Below are positions 10,739 to 20,227 of a stretch of DNA of 64,000 nt, in pieces. Within the stretch, counting starts at the first letter, position 1, and every line of letters starts with the position of its first letter. Position numbers and translations under genes: made by a program. Origin of the DNA: Candidatus Cloacimonadota bacterium (GTDB taxonomy: Bacteria; Cloacimonadota; Cloacimonadia; G963667145); contig OY762940.1 in assembly GCA_963667255.1 (NCBI GenBank), forward strand, positions 288,001 through 352,000, written 5' to 3'. The notes beneath the pieces are model-generated. The model was not told the origin of the DNA and did not search any database. It worked only from the letters and a program-made list of their open reading frames with translations.

Positions 10739-10873
10739 ATTATCCTCCAATACTCAATTAAAATCTGCCTATCTTTTGGATTACTAATGTGAAAATGTCA
10801 AGTCAATATTTTTTGAATTTACATTGTGGAACTAATTTTATACAGCTAATTAATTGATTTTCTTGGAGATATC

Positions 10874-10903
10874 AGAAAGTTCTCATAAGAGAACTTTCTT
10901 TTT
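10874..10903. terminator. Hairpin downstream of recA-recX
   Basis: Perfect 11-bp stem AGAAAGTTCTC-ATAA-GAGAACTTTCT. Confidence 0.6.
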
Positions 10904-10916
10904 ATCAAAATATAAA

Positions 10917-11555
10917 CTACTGTAAATTCCCCGAACTCTCCGCTATTTTTTTGCCCAACAAGTAGGCAACCTGCTCAAAACGGAAACCTCTGCGATGTAG
11001 CCAAGCAAGGCATTTTTGCTTCATTTTTGCCTTAGGGAATCTGCCGTATTTTTTGACAGCTTTTTGCACAGCCAACTCGACCACCGATAATTCATCTTTG
11101 TAAACTTTCGCCAGTGCCTCTTCGCACAGAGAAAACTCCAATCCGAAATATTCCATCCGCAAAAATGCCAACCCTTTAGCAATATTTTTGGCTTTGAGAG
11201 AGCGGGCAAAAGAGTAGGCAAACCGCTCCTGATTGATGAAGCCCAATCTTGACATCTCCCGAACCAAATCTTCGGCAATTGTCATATTGAGAGGCAACCT
11301 TATCAGATACTCAAGCGACTGCTTTTCGCACCGCTCCTGATAGCTGAGATATCGCAGAACTCGCTCTTTGGCAAAAGCGTAAGCCTCCTGTCGCAATTCT
11401 AACTCTTGGCTCGGAGAGACATCCCCCTGACGACTGCAGATAGCAAACAATTTATCCTGCGGAATCACGCCCAAAACAGCACCGTCCAACTCCACCTGCC
11501 ACAGCGTTTTCCTGCCAGCTTTCAGAAAGTAATTTACTTTGCTCAAACCAAACAA
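10917..11555 (-). CDS. recX: RecX-family regulatory protein
   Basis: Directly downstream of recA; LRYLSYQER, GFINQERFA, LHRRGF helical-repeat motifs. Start uncertain. Confidence 0.8.
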   Translation of the reverse strand: MFGLSKVNYFLKAGRKTLWQVELDGAVLGVIPQDKLFAICSRQGDVSPSQELELRQEAYAFAKERVLRYLSYQERCEKQSLEYLIRLPLNMTIAEDLVREMSRLGFINQERFAYSFARSLKAKNIAKGLAFLRMEYFGLEFSLCEEALAKVYKDELSVVELAVQKAVKKYGRFPKAKMKQKCLAWLHRRGFRFEQVAYLLGKKIAESSGNLQ

Positions 11556-11566
11556 ACTCCGTGGAA

Positions 11567-12568
11567 TTACTCCAATCCCATCAGTTGTTTCACTTTAGTT
11601 TCCAACTCGGCAAGAAGTTCGGGATTTTCACTGAAGAACACCTTAACCTTCTCCATGCCCTGACCGAGCTTGACATCGCCGTAAGAAAACCAAGCACCAC
11701 TGCGTTCCACCAATTTCTCTTGAATTGCCTTTTCCAAAAGAATGTCCACATGCGAAATGCCCTCGCCATAAATGATGGGAAAATCAACCGTTTTGAAAGG
11801 AGGAGCTAACTTATTTTTGACAATCTTTACTTTGGTCTCCGCACCCACAACATCGCTGGAATTGGTGGCATCTTTTATCGCTTTGCCTTTTCGCACTTCC
11901 AGTCGCACAGTCGAATAGAACTTGAGTGCGACACCACCCGTCGTGGTCTCGGGATTCATATACGGATTAATCATTCCACCGATTTTCATCCTGACCTGAT
12001 TGATAAAAATGACCGCCGTTTTCGACTTGCTGATAGCACTGGTCAACTTGCGAAGAGCCTGACTCATCAATCGTGCATGCAAACCCACATGAGCGTCGCC
12101 CATTTCGCCCTCCAACTCTGCACGAGGAACAAGAGCAGCTACGGAATCCAAGATTATCAAATCGAGCGAATTGCTCCTGACCAAAGCCTCCATAATCTCC
12201 AAAGCCTGTTCCCCGCAATCGGGTTGCGACAACAAAAGCTCTCCGACATTCACACCGATTTTGCTCGCATAACTCGGGTCGAGTGCATGCTCAGCATCGA
12301 TAAAAGCAACCATTCCACCCTTCTTTTGAGCTTGTGCAGTGATATGCAGAGATAGCGTGGTTTTGCCCGAAGCCTCCAATCCATATATCTCGGTAATTCG
12401 TCCCTTGGGAATACCCCCAATGCCAAGTGCTGCATCCAGATTGAGTGCTCCCGTAGAAATGAAGTCAACTTTGCTTACAGCAGCCTCATCTCCCAGCCGC
12501 ATAATCGCTCCGGCTCCAAATCGCTTCTCCAGTTGTGCCAAAGTTTCGTCTAAATTATCTCTACCCAT
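11567..12568 (-). CDS. recA: Recombinase A
   Basis: [43 protein letters not shown] before ATG 12568. Confidence 0.98.
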   Translation of the reverse strand: MGRDNLDETLAQLEKRFGAGAIMRLGDEAAVSKVDFISTGALNLDAALGIGGIPKGRITEIYGLEASGKTTLSLHITAQAQKKGGMVAFIDAEHALDPSYASKIGVNVGELLLSQPDCGEQALEIMEALVRSNSLDLIILDSVAALVPRAELEGEMGDAHVGLHARLMSQALRKLTSAISKSKTAVIFINQVRMKIGGMINPYMNPETTTGGVALKFYSTVRLEVRKGKAIKDATNSSDVVGAETKVKIVKNKLAPPFKTVDFPIIYGEGISHVDILLEKAIQEKLVERSGAWFSYGDVKLGQGMEKVKVFFSENPELLAELETKVKQLMGLE

Positions 12569-12692
12569 ATTCTCTCTCCTCATTCCAATTTTTTCAGTAT
12601 ATGAAATACTGCCAAAAATTTGTCAAGCGTTAATTCTTGACAAGTGAGTCAAATAATAAATTTTTAGCAAAATGCTCTATATGGACTGAGAA

Positions 12693-13712
12693 ATGAGAAG
12701 AATATTGGTATTCGCTGTGTTAACTTTTGTCGGCAATTTATTTGCCTCGGATATCATTTTCCCAAAAAATGCTGAAGAGATTTTCTGCACAGTGATTGGT
12801 ATCTCCTCAAAAAAAGTGACTTACTATCAAAAAGAGTCCAAACTTCTGTATCCGATTTTCACAATTCCCAAATACAAAGTTAAGCATATTATGCTCGAAT
12901 CTGGGGAAAAAATAGTCTTCAAACAAAAGGTTCGCAAGCCAAAACCAAAGCCAAAGCCGAAACCTAAAATTGTTATAGATACTTTGCCCGTTGACACAAT
13001 AAAAATCGATACCATTGCAGCTAAAAATTTAATTCTTGATAGCATCAGACGAGTTGACAGCATAGAGGTTGAAGAGATTTTGAAAATCGAGATTCCCAAA
13101 AAACGAGAGCCGATAACTTGCCAAAATAGACGATTTTATTCCTTCTTTGCTGGATACGGAATTTCCAACTCTTCTTTTGAACAGTCTGGTGGCAACTATT
13201 CGTCACCCCTTAGCTCTTTTACGGCAGGAGCTTATCGCAATTTCAAATTCAAATCGCCCTTTGTCCTAAAATTTGGAACATTTCTCACCTATCGCAAGGG
13301 AGAATTTGAGGAAACAATCACCAATACTTCCGCTTCTTATTCTTACACCAAAGAAACCGTAACCGTTTCTGCACTTGATTTAGATTTCCCTGTGCTAATC
13401 AATTTCAGCTTCGATGCGGGTGAGTCCAAAAACTTCAGAATTTACACAGATTTGGGAGCAAGGCTCGGTGTTTCCTTGCTTCGCAAATATTCCAGTGATT
13501 TACTGGCAAAAAACTTTGCAACCGCTACTCCGAAGTATGCAAAAAACGAATTGAGCCTATTCAATGCGGGTGGAATAATCTCGCTTGGAGCGGAAATCAA
13601 TGGCAAATATGTAGTGGAAACCAAATACGATTTCGACATCACGAACAGATATAAAACAGATAACAAATGCAAATTCCAAAGCGGTTGGTTGGTGATAGGC
13701 TACAAATTCTAA
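12693..13712 (+). CDS. Secreted/outer-membrane beta-barrel (porin-like) protein with Pro-Lys linker
   Basis: Signal peptide, KPKPKPKPKPK linker, alternating beta-strand pattern, C-terminal GYKF. Confidence 0.65.
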   Translation: MRRILVFAVLTFVGNLFASDIIFPKNAEEIFCTVIGISSKKVTYYQKESKLLYPIFTIPKYKVKHIMLESGEKIVFKQKVRKPKPKPKPKPKIVIDTLPVDTIKIDTIAAKNLILDSIRRVDSIEVEEILKIEIPKKREPITCQNRRFYSFFAGYGISNSSFEQSGGNYSSPLSSFTAGAYRNFKFKSPFVLKFGTFLTYRKGEFEETITNTSASYSYTKETVTVSALDLDFPVLINFSFDAGESKNFRIYTDLGARLGVSLLRKYSSDLLAKNFATATPKYAKNELSLFNAGGIISLGAEINGKYVVETKYDFDITNRYKTDNKCKFQSGWLVIGYKF

Positions 13713-13789
13713 TCCAAATTGTAAAAAGCACTTGACCAAATTTTTGCTACTCCCAATTTTTCAGCAACAAATTTCAAGGAGTTAATCTA

Positions 13790-14272
13790 ATGAACATTAT
13801 TGTTGAAAAAATCAAAGTTCCCAACGAAACAAATATCATTTTCGGGATAAGTCACTTCATAAAATCGGTGGAAGATTTATACGAAGTGATAGTCAACACA
13901 GTGCCGACCGTGAAATTCGGTCTCGCCTTCAACGAAGCCAGCGGTCCGTGTCTGGTGCGTTTCGATGGCAACGACGAAAAGCTGATAGAGGTTGCCAAAG
14001 AAAATCAGAAAAGAATCGGAGCGGGACACACTTTCCTCATCGTCCTCAAAGACGCTTTCCCTATCAATTTTCTGCCGGGCATCAAAGCCTGTCGCGAAGT
14101 TGCCACTGTGTTCTGTGCTACTGCCAATCCCGTGCAAGTCTTGCTCGTGGAGAACGACGGAGGTCGCGGAGTCATCGGAGTTATCGACGGACTCAGCCCC
14201 AAAGGCATAGAGCTTGCACACGAGAAAAAGGAAAGAATTGACCTTTTACGCAAAATAGGCTACAAGAGATAG
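13790..14272 (+). CDS. Adenosine-specific kinase family protein (DUF355)
   Basis: SHFIKSVEDL, FGLAFNEASG, FCATANP, GVIDG. Confidence 0.88.
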   Translation: MNIIVEKIKVPNETNIIFGISHFIKSVEDLYEVIVNTVPTVKFGLAFNEASGPCLVRFDGNDEKLIEVAKENQKRIGAGHTFLIVLKDAFPINFLPGIKACREVATVFCATANPVQVLLVENDGGRGVIGVIDGLSPKGIELAHEKKERIDLLRKIGYKR

Positions 14273-15844
14273 ATGAGCAATTATCGCGAAATCCCAGTCT
14301 CCAACCACATTCGTTACGGCAAAATCTACTCCTACTCACTGCTGGGGATAGATGCTTACCCTATCCAAATCGAAAGCGACATCAGGATTGGAATTGTTAA
14401 ATTTTCCATCGTCGGCTTGCCCTCATCGTCCGTAAAAGAGAGCAAGGAACGGGTCGCCGCAGCTATCAGAAATTCGGGATTTGAGTTCAAACCCTTCATC
14501 TACACGGTCAACCTCGCTCCTGCGGATTTGCCCAAAGACGGTGTCGCCACAGACTTGCCCATCGCCCTGTCCATCCTGCGAGCGTCCAAGCAGTTTCACT
14601 ACTCCAAGGACAAGAAATTTGCTTTTGTCGGAGAGCTTTCTCTGAACGGGAAATTGCGACCGGTCAAAGGTATCTTGCCCATGGTGATGCAAGCCAAAGA
14701 GAACAAACTCGATGCTATCATTATCCCCAAAGACAACGCCCGCGAGGCTTCCATCGTAAAGGGGGTCAACATCATCGGTGTGGAATCTCTGCGTGAGTGC
14801 GTGCAGTTTCTCCAAAAGGAAATCGTCATCGAGCCGACACCATTCAGCTTGGACAATACAAACCGTGCAGACCCGTATTTGCCAGATATGTTCGATGTGA
14901 AAGGGCAATTGCAAGTGAAAAGAGCTTTGGAGATTGCGGCTGCCGGTGGACACAATGTCCTGATGATAGGACCTCCCGGCTCGGGGAAAACTATGCTTGC
15001 CAAAAGGCTCACTTCCATTTTACCCGATATGGCTCTAGAGGAGATTTTGCAAACAACCAAGATTTACTCTATCGCCGGCAAACTGGTGAACAAAAACCAA
15101 AACATCATCTACTCCCGACCGTTCCGCTCGCCTCACCACACCATAAGCGACATCGCCCTCATCGGCGGAGGCTCGTATCCCAAACCAGGGGAGGTCTCTT
15201 TGGCTCACAACGGAGTTCTCTTTTTGGACGAATTGCCAGAGTTCAAAAAGAATGTTCTGGAAGTTTTGCGACAACCGCTTGAGGACGGAGAGGTCAGCAT
15301 CGCTCGTGCCAACTGCTCTCTCAGCTTCCCTGCCGATTTTATGCTCGTCGCCTCGATGAACCCCTGTCCGTGCGGATACTACGGCAGTAACATTCCCGGG
15401 CACGAATGCTCTTGCTCTCCGCTAGCTATACAACGCTACCGCTCCCGCATCTCCGGACCGCTCTTGGATAGATTTGACATTCACATAGAGGTCGGTGCTC
15501 TCAAGTATGAAGAGCTGGCTGCTCTGCCCAACGGCGAGAGTTCCGAGAAAATCAGAGAGCGAGTGAACAATGTCCGCCAAATGCAACGAGACAAGCTGGA
15601 AGGGATTTTCTCTAACTCCCAAATGTCCCCCAAACACATCAAGAAATATTGCCAAATCGACAAAGAAAGCTCCAAAATCTTGCAAACCGCCATCGAGCAA
15701 ATGGGACTGTCTGCCAGAGCTTACGACAAAATCTTGAAAATCTCTAGAACCATCGCCGATATGGAGGGCAAAGAGAACATCGAAGCTCATCACATCTCCG
15801 AAGCAATCCAGTATCGGAGCTTGGACAGGAAATTTTGGGAGTAG
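14273..15844 (+). CDS. comM: YifB/ComM Mg-chelatase-like AAA+ ATPase
   Basis: VNLAPA, GELSLNG, GPPGSGKT, PFRSPHH, GEVSLAHNGVLFLDE, NPCPCG, SGPLLDR. Confidence 0.95.
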   Translation: MSNYREIPVSNHIRYGKIYSYSLLGIDAYPIQIESDIRIGIVKFSIVGLPSSSVKESKERVAAAIRNSGFEFKPFIYTVNLAPADLPKDGVATDLPIALSILRASKQFHYSKDKKFAFVGELSLNGKLRPVKGILPMVMQAKENKLDAIIIPKDNAREASIVKGVNIIGVESLRECVQFLQKEIVIEPTPFSLDNTNRADPYLPDMFDVKGQLQVKRALEIAAAGGHNVLMIGPPGSGKTMLAKRLTSILPDMALEEILQTTKIYSIAGKLVNKNQNIIYSRPFRSPHHTISDIALIGGGSYPKPGEVSLAHNGVLFLDELPEFKKNVLEVLRQPLEDGEVSIARANCSLSFPADFMLVASMNPCPCGYYGSNIPGHECSCSPLAIQRYRSRISGPLLDRFDIHIEVGALKYEELAALPNGESSEKIRERVNNVRQMQRDKLEGIFSNSQMSPKHIKKYCQIDKESSKILQTAIEQMGLSARAYDKILKISRTIADMEGKENIEAHHISEAIQYRSLDRKFWE

Positions 15845-15867
15845 TGGACATAATGAAAATAATTGCA

Positions 15868-15922
15868 TTTAGAACACTCATTTGGGTAACTAAATTTAAT
15901 GTGGCTTAGATGGTAGTTAGCA
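15868..15922 (+). repeat. Conserved leader element (attI-like), copy A
   Basis: Ungapped 32/51 match to 18093-18143; both end in GTT at the start of an accessory gene unit. Confidence 0.6.
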
Positions 15923-15942
15923 CCTATTTAGAAAAACAGAAC

Positions 15943-16518
15943 ATGAAGCTACCTATATTAAAAATAGAAAATTCGGATTTAGTTGAATTCATTAGTTATT
16001 GGTCAAAGCTCTATGACTACCCATTAGAATCACTGTATAACGAAAGAATTTCAAAAAAAGAATTCGATAACGAAGACCTTCAACAATTATTTATATGGAA
16101 AAATGGAATGAAATTAAGTACTGGAAAGCAAAAGTCATTTGAGGAGAAAATTTTATCTAAACGAAAGGTTATAAATGACTTAAAAGCAAAAGAAAACATT
16201 GAGCTAAAAGAATTTCAAAACCATTTCAACAACCTTTCTGCTGTTTGGAAAATATTCCTTCTACATATAATCAGACCAAACAAATTTCCGATTTATGACC
16301 AACATATTAATCGAGCATTTAACTATATTCATGGACTTGCCTTTCATAATATCTCTGCGAATTCAATGACCAATAAAAGCAAAGAAGAATTTTATTTCAA
16401 TACATATTTAGGATTTATTGAATCATTGGATGGTATTGATTTAAAAGCATTAGATGAAGCTTTTTTTGCATTTGGACAATTTATAAATACAAAAACATAT
16501 ATTCAAATGATTAATTAA
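15943..16518 (+). CDS. Hypothetical protein (cassette-like, FPIYD motif)
   Basis: Clean AT-rich 191-aa ORF; no confident family assignment. Confidence 0.75.
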   Translation: MKLPILKIENSDLVEFISYWSKLYDYPLESLYNERISKKEFDNEDLQQLFIWKNGMKLSTGKQKSFEEKILSKRKVINDLKAKENIELKEFQNHFNNLSAVWKIFLLHIIRPNKFPIYDQHINRAFNYIHGLAFHNISANSMTNKSKEEFYFNTYLGFIESLDGIDLKALDEAFFAFGQFINTKTYIQMIN

Positions 16519-16592
16519 TAACAGCCCCTAACAATTTGTAAACACAATTAAAGTAATATAATAAAACAAACTCAACCCCACAGGAGACCTCA

Positions 16593-17222
16593 ATGACCAC
16601 ATATTTGTATGTATTAGACACACTCGCTGACTGGGAAATCGGCTACATCACCGCTGAGCTGAATAGTGGTAGATACCTCGACAAAACAAAACCGCCAGCA
16701 CAGATAATCAAAATCGGCAACACCACCGAGCCAATCAAAACGATGGGCGGAATGGCTATTACCCCTGATGCAAGTGTCAGCGAAATTGCTTTTGAAGACG
16801 GAGATTTGCTGATTTTGCCCGGAGCAGAGACTTGGGCAGACGAGAGCCACACCAAAATTCTGGATATGGTCCCCGATTTGCTGAGCAAAAATGTAATCGT
16901 CGCCGCTATCTGCGGTGCTACTATCGCTCTGGCGAACAAGGGGCTTTTGGACAATAGAGCCCACACAGGCAACGACAAAGAGGTCTTGAAGATGTTTTGC
17001 CCAAATTATGCAGGCGAGAAGTTTTACATCGACAAGCCTGCAGTGACAGATGGAAACTTGATAACAGCCTCAGGACTTGCTCCGCTTGAGTTTGCCTACG
17101 AAGTATTCAAAAAAACATCCGTGATGAGACCGAAAACTTTGGAAGCGTGGTATCAACTATACGCAACCAAAGAAGCCAAATATTTCTTCGTTCTGATGGA
17201 GTCGCTGGGAGATGGGAATTAG
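16593..17222 (+). CDS. DJ-1/PfpI family protein (type 1 glutamine amidotransferase-like)
   Basis: LADWE, LILPG, AAICG nucleophile elbow, DGNLITASG; RBS AGGAG. Confidence 0.9.
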   Translation: MTTYLYVLDTLADWEIGYITAELNSGRYLDKTKPPAQIIKIGNTTEPIKTMGGMAITPDASVSEIAFEDGDLLILPGAETWADESHTKILDMVPDLLSKNVIVAAICGATIALANKGLLDNRAHTGNDKEVLKMFCPNYAGEKFYIDKPAVTDGNLITASGLAPLEFAYEVFKKTSVMRPKTLEAWYQLYATKEAKYFFVLMESLGDGN

Positions 17223-17598
17223 ATGAGCAACATCAAACAATACAATCAACTCGACTTTTACACCAAAGTAGCTAATTTGCTGAAAGAATCTCGTAAAAGC
17301 GTTGTTCAAACTATCAACAAAACAATGGTTTGCACCTATTTTGAGATAGGACGAATGATTGTAGTAGAAGAACAAAACGGGAAAGAGCGTGCCGAATACG
17401 GGAAACAACAGACAGTGTCTGCTAAATCTGAAAATGCAATTATTTCAAAGGACAATTTGCAATTAAGCTGGTCTCATTATTTGTTGCTGATGCGAATAAA
17501 TAACTCCAACGAAAGAAAATTTTATGAAATTGAAAGTATTAATAATAATTGGAGCTTAAGAGTTAAAACAATTGATTGAAAACAAGATGAATGAATAA
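17223..17598 (+). pseudogene. YhcG/DUF1016 nuclease remnant with two internal deletions
   Basis: EEQNGKERAEYG and LSWSHY match the intact paralog at 19021; the C-terminal ELKQLIENKMNE* follows out of frame at 17560-17598. Confidence 0.85.
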
Positions 17599-17712
17599 CT
17601 TTTCAATTGCAATTATTATCGAATAGAGAAAATCGGTTGACGGCTTTGTCCAACTTATGAATATCAACAATCGGATAATTAAATAGCTTAGAAACGCAAA
17701 AGGAAACCCATA

Positions 17713-18060
17713 ATGAAACGGAAACTTTTTTTAATCATCACGCTTTCTTTGTTCACACTGCTTTTCGCACAACAAGCCGGTAGCACCATCGGCAACAAGC
17801 AAATCGGAGACATCAATTTATACAACTATCGCAAAGCAGCCATAGTCCAGTTCCCGTCAAAGATTTTGGAAGTCGGCTCGGAAAATTTAGTCTTAGACCC
17901 CAGCACCGTAAAGTTCATGGACAAATATCTTATCTTTGCGAGCAAAGCCAAACTCAGCGGTCAACTCTTTTACATCTTGACCGAAGAGAAAGCCTACTAC
18001 TATTATATCTCAACATCTTACAACGATAAATTTCCGGTTATACTGGAGATAGAAGATTAA
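17713..18060 (+). CDS. Hypothetical secreted protein
   Basis: Signal peptide MKRKLFLIITLSLFTLLFA; RBS AAGGA. Confidence 0.7.
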   Translation: MKRKLFLIITLSLFTLLFAQQAGSTIGNKQIGDINLYNYRKAAIVQFPSKILEVGSENLVLDPSTVKFMDKYLIFASKAKLSGQLFYILTEEKAYYYYISTSYNDKFPVILEIED

Positions 18061-18079
18061 ATTCGATATAAAGGAAAAT

Positions 18080-18153
18080 AAATGCAACTACGTTTAGACT
18101 GCCAATTTGGACAAATAAACACAATTAAGGTTATGCGGAAGTTGTGTGTAATG
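18080..18153 (+). repeat. Conserved leader element (attI-like), copy B
   Basis: Matches copy A (32/51 ungapped) and copy C (51/74, one gap); ends at the GTTGTGTGTA core. Confidence 0.7.
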
Positions 18154-18205
18154 CAATAAAAACACAGAAAACACTAAATACATAGACAAGAAGAAATTAC
18201 CTTAT

Positions 18206-18772
18206 ATGGAATACCAAGAAACTGGAAGATTTGGAAGAATAACAAAAAATCTCAGAAAACAAGGATTTGAATTAGAGATGAAAGAAATTCTTTACGACTC
18301 AAAAGATTTTCCTAAATTAAACAAGAAACTCCAAACAAAATACATTGCAACTGTAATGGATAGAATGGAAAATTCAATAGGAAAGAAAAATACGAAAAAT
18401 GTTTTGTTTTCTTGTGGAGTGCAATGTTGTGGAAAATCTTGGTCTAATTTTGTTAACGACATTTGGAAAAAATCTGAATCAATAGAAGAATTTATTAAAA
18501 ACTTAAATAAAGCAGAAGAAAAATACAGTACTTGTTTTTCATTTGACCGAATAAATAATTCAATATCAGTTTATAGAAAGAAGTGCATATGTGGCTTAAT
18601 AAATAAAGGAAACCATTTTGATGGCAATGCAAATTATTGTAATTGTAGCATTGGTCATATGTCAAAATTTTTCAATTCGGTTCTTCCCATTGATAATATC
18701 ACATTGAAACAAACAATTTTTAATGGAAACGACAAGTGTGAATGGGAAATAAAGATAATAAAACAAGAATAA
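18206..18772 (+). CDS. Cys-rich hypothetical protein (DUF6144/V4R-like)
   Basis: CGVQCC, CIC, YCNCSIG and G.DKCEWEI pattern. Confidence 0.65.
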   Translation: MEYQETGRFGRITKNLRKQGFELEMKEILYDSKDFPKLNKKLQTKYIATVMDRMENSIGKKNTKNVLFSCGVQCCGKSWSNFVNDIWKKSESIEEFIKNLNKAEEKYSTCFSFDRINNSISVYRKKCICGLINKGNHFDGNANYCNCSIGHMSKFFNSVLPIDNITLKQTIFNGNDKCEWEIKIIKQE

Positions 18773-18784
18773 AGAAACAATAAA

Positions 18785-18923
18785 GCACATACACACAACA
18801 ATGTGTCATACGTAATGGCGGCGAAAGTGCAAACATCAAGTTTTGACTCTCGCATCAACTTCATCTCGGTTTGAAAATGAGGTGCTCCGAAATCCGCCAC
18901 TACGCATACACTAACCGTTATCT
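18785..18923 (+). repeat. attC-like recombination site 1
   Basis: Starts ..CACACAAC just after the stop codon and ends CCGTTATCT; arms GTGT(C)ATACGTAATGGCGG / CCGCCACTACGCATACAC pair with one bulged base. Confidence 0.8.
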
Positions 18924-19020
18924 GCAAGCGGAAAACCAGCGACACAATCAACACAAAAAAAGATTTATTAGGAGTCGAAAAAAATAAAGTAACTTTGAAG
19001 ACTAAAATTTCGGAGAGCAT

Positions 19021-20043
19021 ATGACTAAATCAAATGATATAAAAATTGTTGCAGATAATTATGACAGCTTAGTTTCCCAAATATCTGATACATATTTACA
19101 AGGGAAAGATAATGCCGTAAAAGCAGTAAATTTAGAAATTGTAAATACCTATTGGAAAGTAGGAGAACATATCATTGAATATGAACAAAACGGAAAAGAA
19201 CGTGCGGAATATGGAAGTAAATTATTAGAAAAACTTTCAAAAGATTTATCATTAATGCACGGTAAAGGATTTAGCGTTAGCAATATTCAAAGAATGAGAC
19301 AATTATACGATGAATATCCAATTTATGCGACACTGTCGCACAAATTGAGTTGGTCACATTATGTTGAACTTCTAAAAATTGATGATAAGTTAGAAAGAAG
19401 CTTTTATGAAAAGCAAAGCATTCTTGAAAATTGGTCTATTCGTGAATTAAAAAGACAAAAGAAAACATCATTATTCTTGCGACTTGCAGCATCTAAAGAT
19501 AAAAAAGGAATTTTAGAATTAGCAAAACAAGGACAATTTGTTGAAAAGCCTGAAGATATAATTAGAGAACCTTACGTTTTAGATTTCCTACAAATTCCAG
19601 AGCCATATAATTTCAGCGAATCTGAATTAGAATCACGAATTATTGATAGCCTACAACATTTTTTATTGGAATTAGGAAAAGGGTTTGCTTTTGTTGGAAG
19701 ACAATACAGAATTACACTTGGAAACAGACATTTTCGAGTTGACTTAGTTTTTTATCATCGTATTTTGAAATGTTTTGTTCTTATTGACCTAAAAAAAGAA
19801 GAGGCTGGATATGAAGATATTGGGCAAATGAATATGTATATGGGATATTTTGAAGCCGAAGAAAATTCAGAAGGAGATAATCCTCCGATAGGAATTGTCC
19901 TTTCAAAAAACAAAGATGAATTACTTGTGAAATACGCAATGAACAAGGTAAATTCTCAATTATTTGTTTCAAAATATCAACTTTATCTCCCGAATCGAGA
20001 TGAATTAAAAGCATTGATTGAAAAACAATTAAATGAAGATTAA
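19021..20043 (+). CDS. YhcG/DUF1016 PD-(D/E)XK nuclease family protein
   Basis: RAEYG, LSWSHY, LLELGKGFAFVGRQ, VDLVFYH, LIDLK, GQMNMY, PPIGI. Confidence 0.93.
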   Translation: MTKSNDIKIVADNYDSLVSQISDTYLQGKDNAVKAVNLEIVNTYWKVGEHIIEYEQNGKERAEYGSKLLEKLSKDLSLMHGKGFSVSNIQRMRQLYDEYPIYATLSHKLSWSHYVELLKIDDKLERSFYEKQSILENWSIRELKRQKKTSLFLRLAASKDKKGILELAKQGQFVEKPEDIIREPYVLDFLQIPEPYNFSESELESRIIDSLQHFLLELGKGFAFVGRQYRITLGNRHFRVDLVFYHRILKCFVLIDLKKEEAGYEDIGQMNMYMGYFEAEENSEGDNPPIGIVLSKNKDELLVKYAMNKVNSQLFVSKYQLYLPNRDELKALIEKQLNED

Positions 20044-20066
20044 AAATATTAATATAGTGAACGAAA

Positions 20067-20205
20067 CCGCCAGCATAGAACATTTTGTATAAGCGATAGC
20101 GGGTGAATGCTCAATTCGTAGGTTTGTAACCCGCCCGAGCATTTTCTCGGTTTGAAAAGTTTAACTCACGAGAACCGCTACGCCACATACCGCCAACCGT
20201 TAACA
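20067..20205 (+). repeat. attC-like recombination site 2 (left core degenerate)
   Basis: Arms GTATAAGCGATAGCGG / CCGCTACGCCACATAC; shares TCTCGGTTTGAAAA and terminal AACCGTTA with site 1. Confidence 0.75.
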
Positions 20206-20227
20206 AAACATTTTTTAGGTGAATAAG

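Noticed and set aside
12933..12969. Pro-Lys repeat as a tandem DNA repeat or phase-variation tract
   Set aside because: Codons vary between units; it is a protein linker.
17660..17700. TCGGATAATTAAAT as a further leader copy
   Set aside because: Only a short AT-rich match, with no aligned flanks or terminal GTT.
18655..19020. 121-aa minus-strand ORF
   Set aside because: It overlies attC-like site 1 and the end of a plus-strand gene, with no coding signal.
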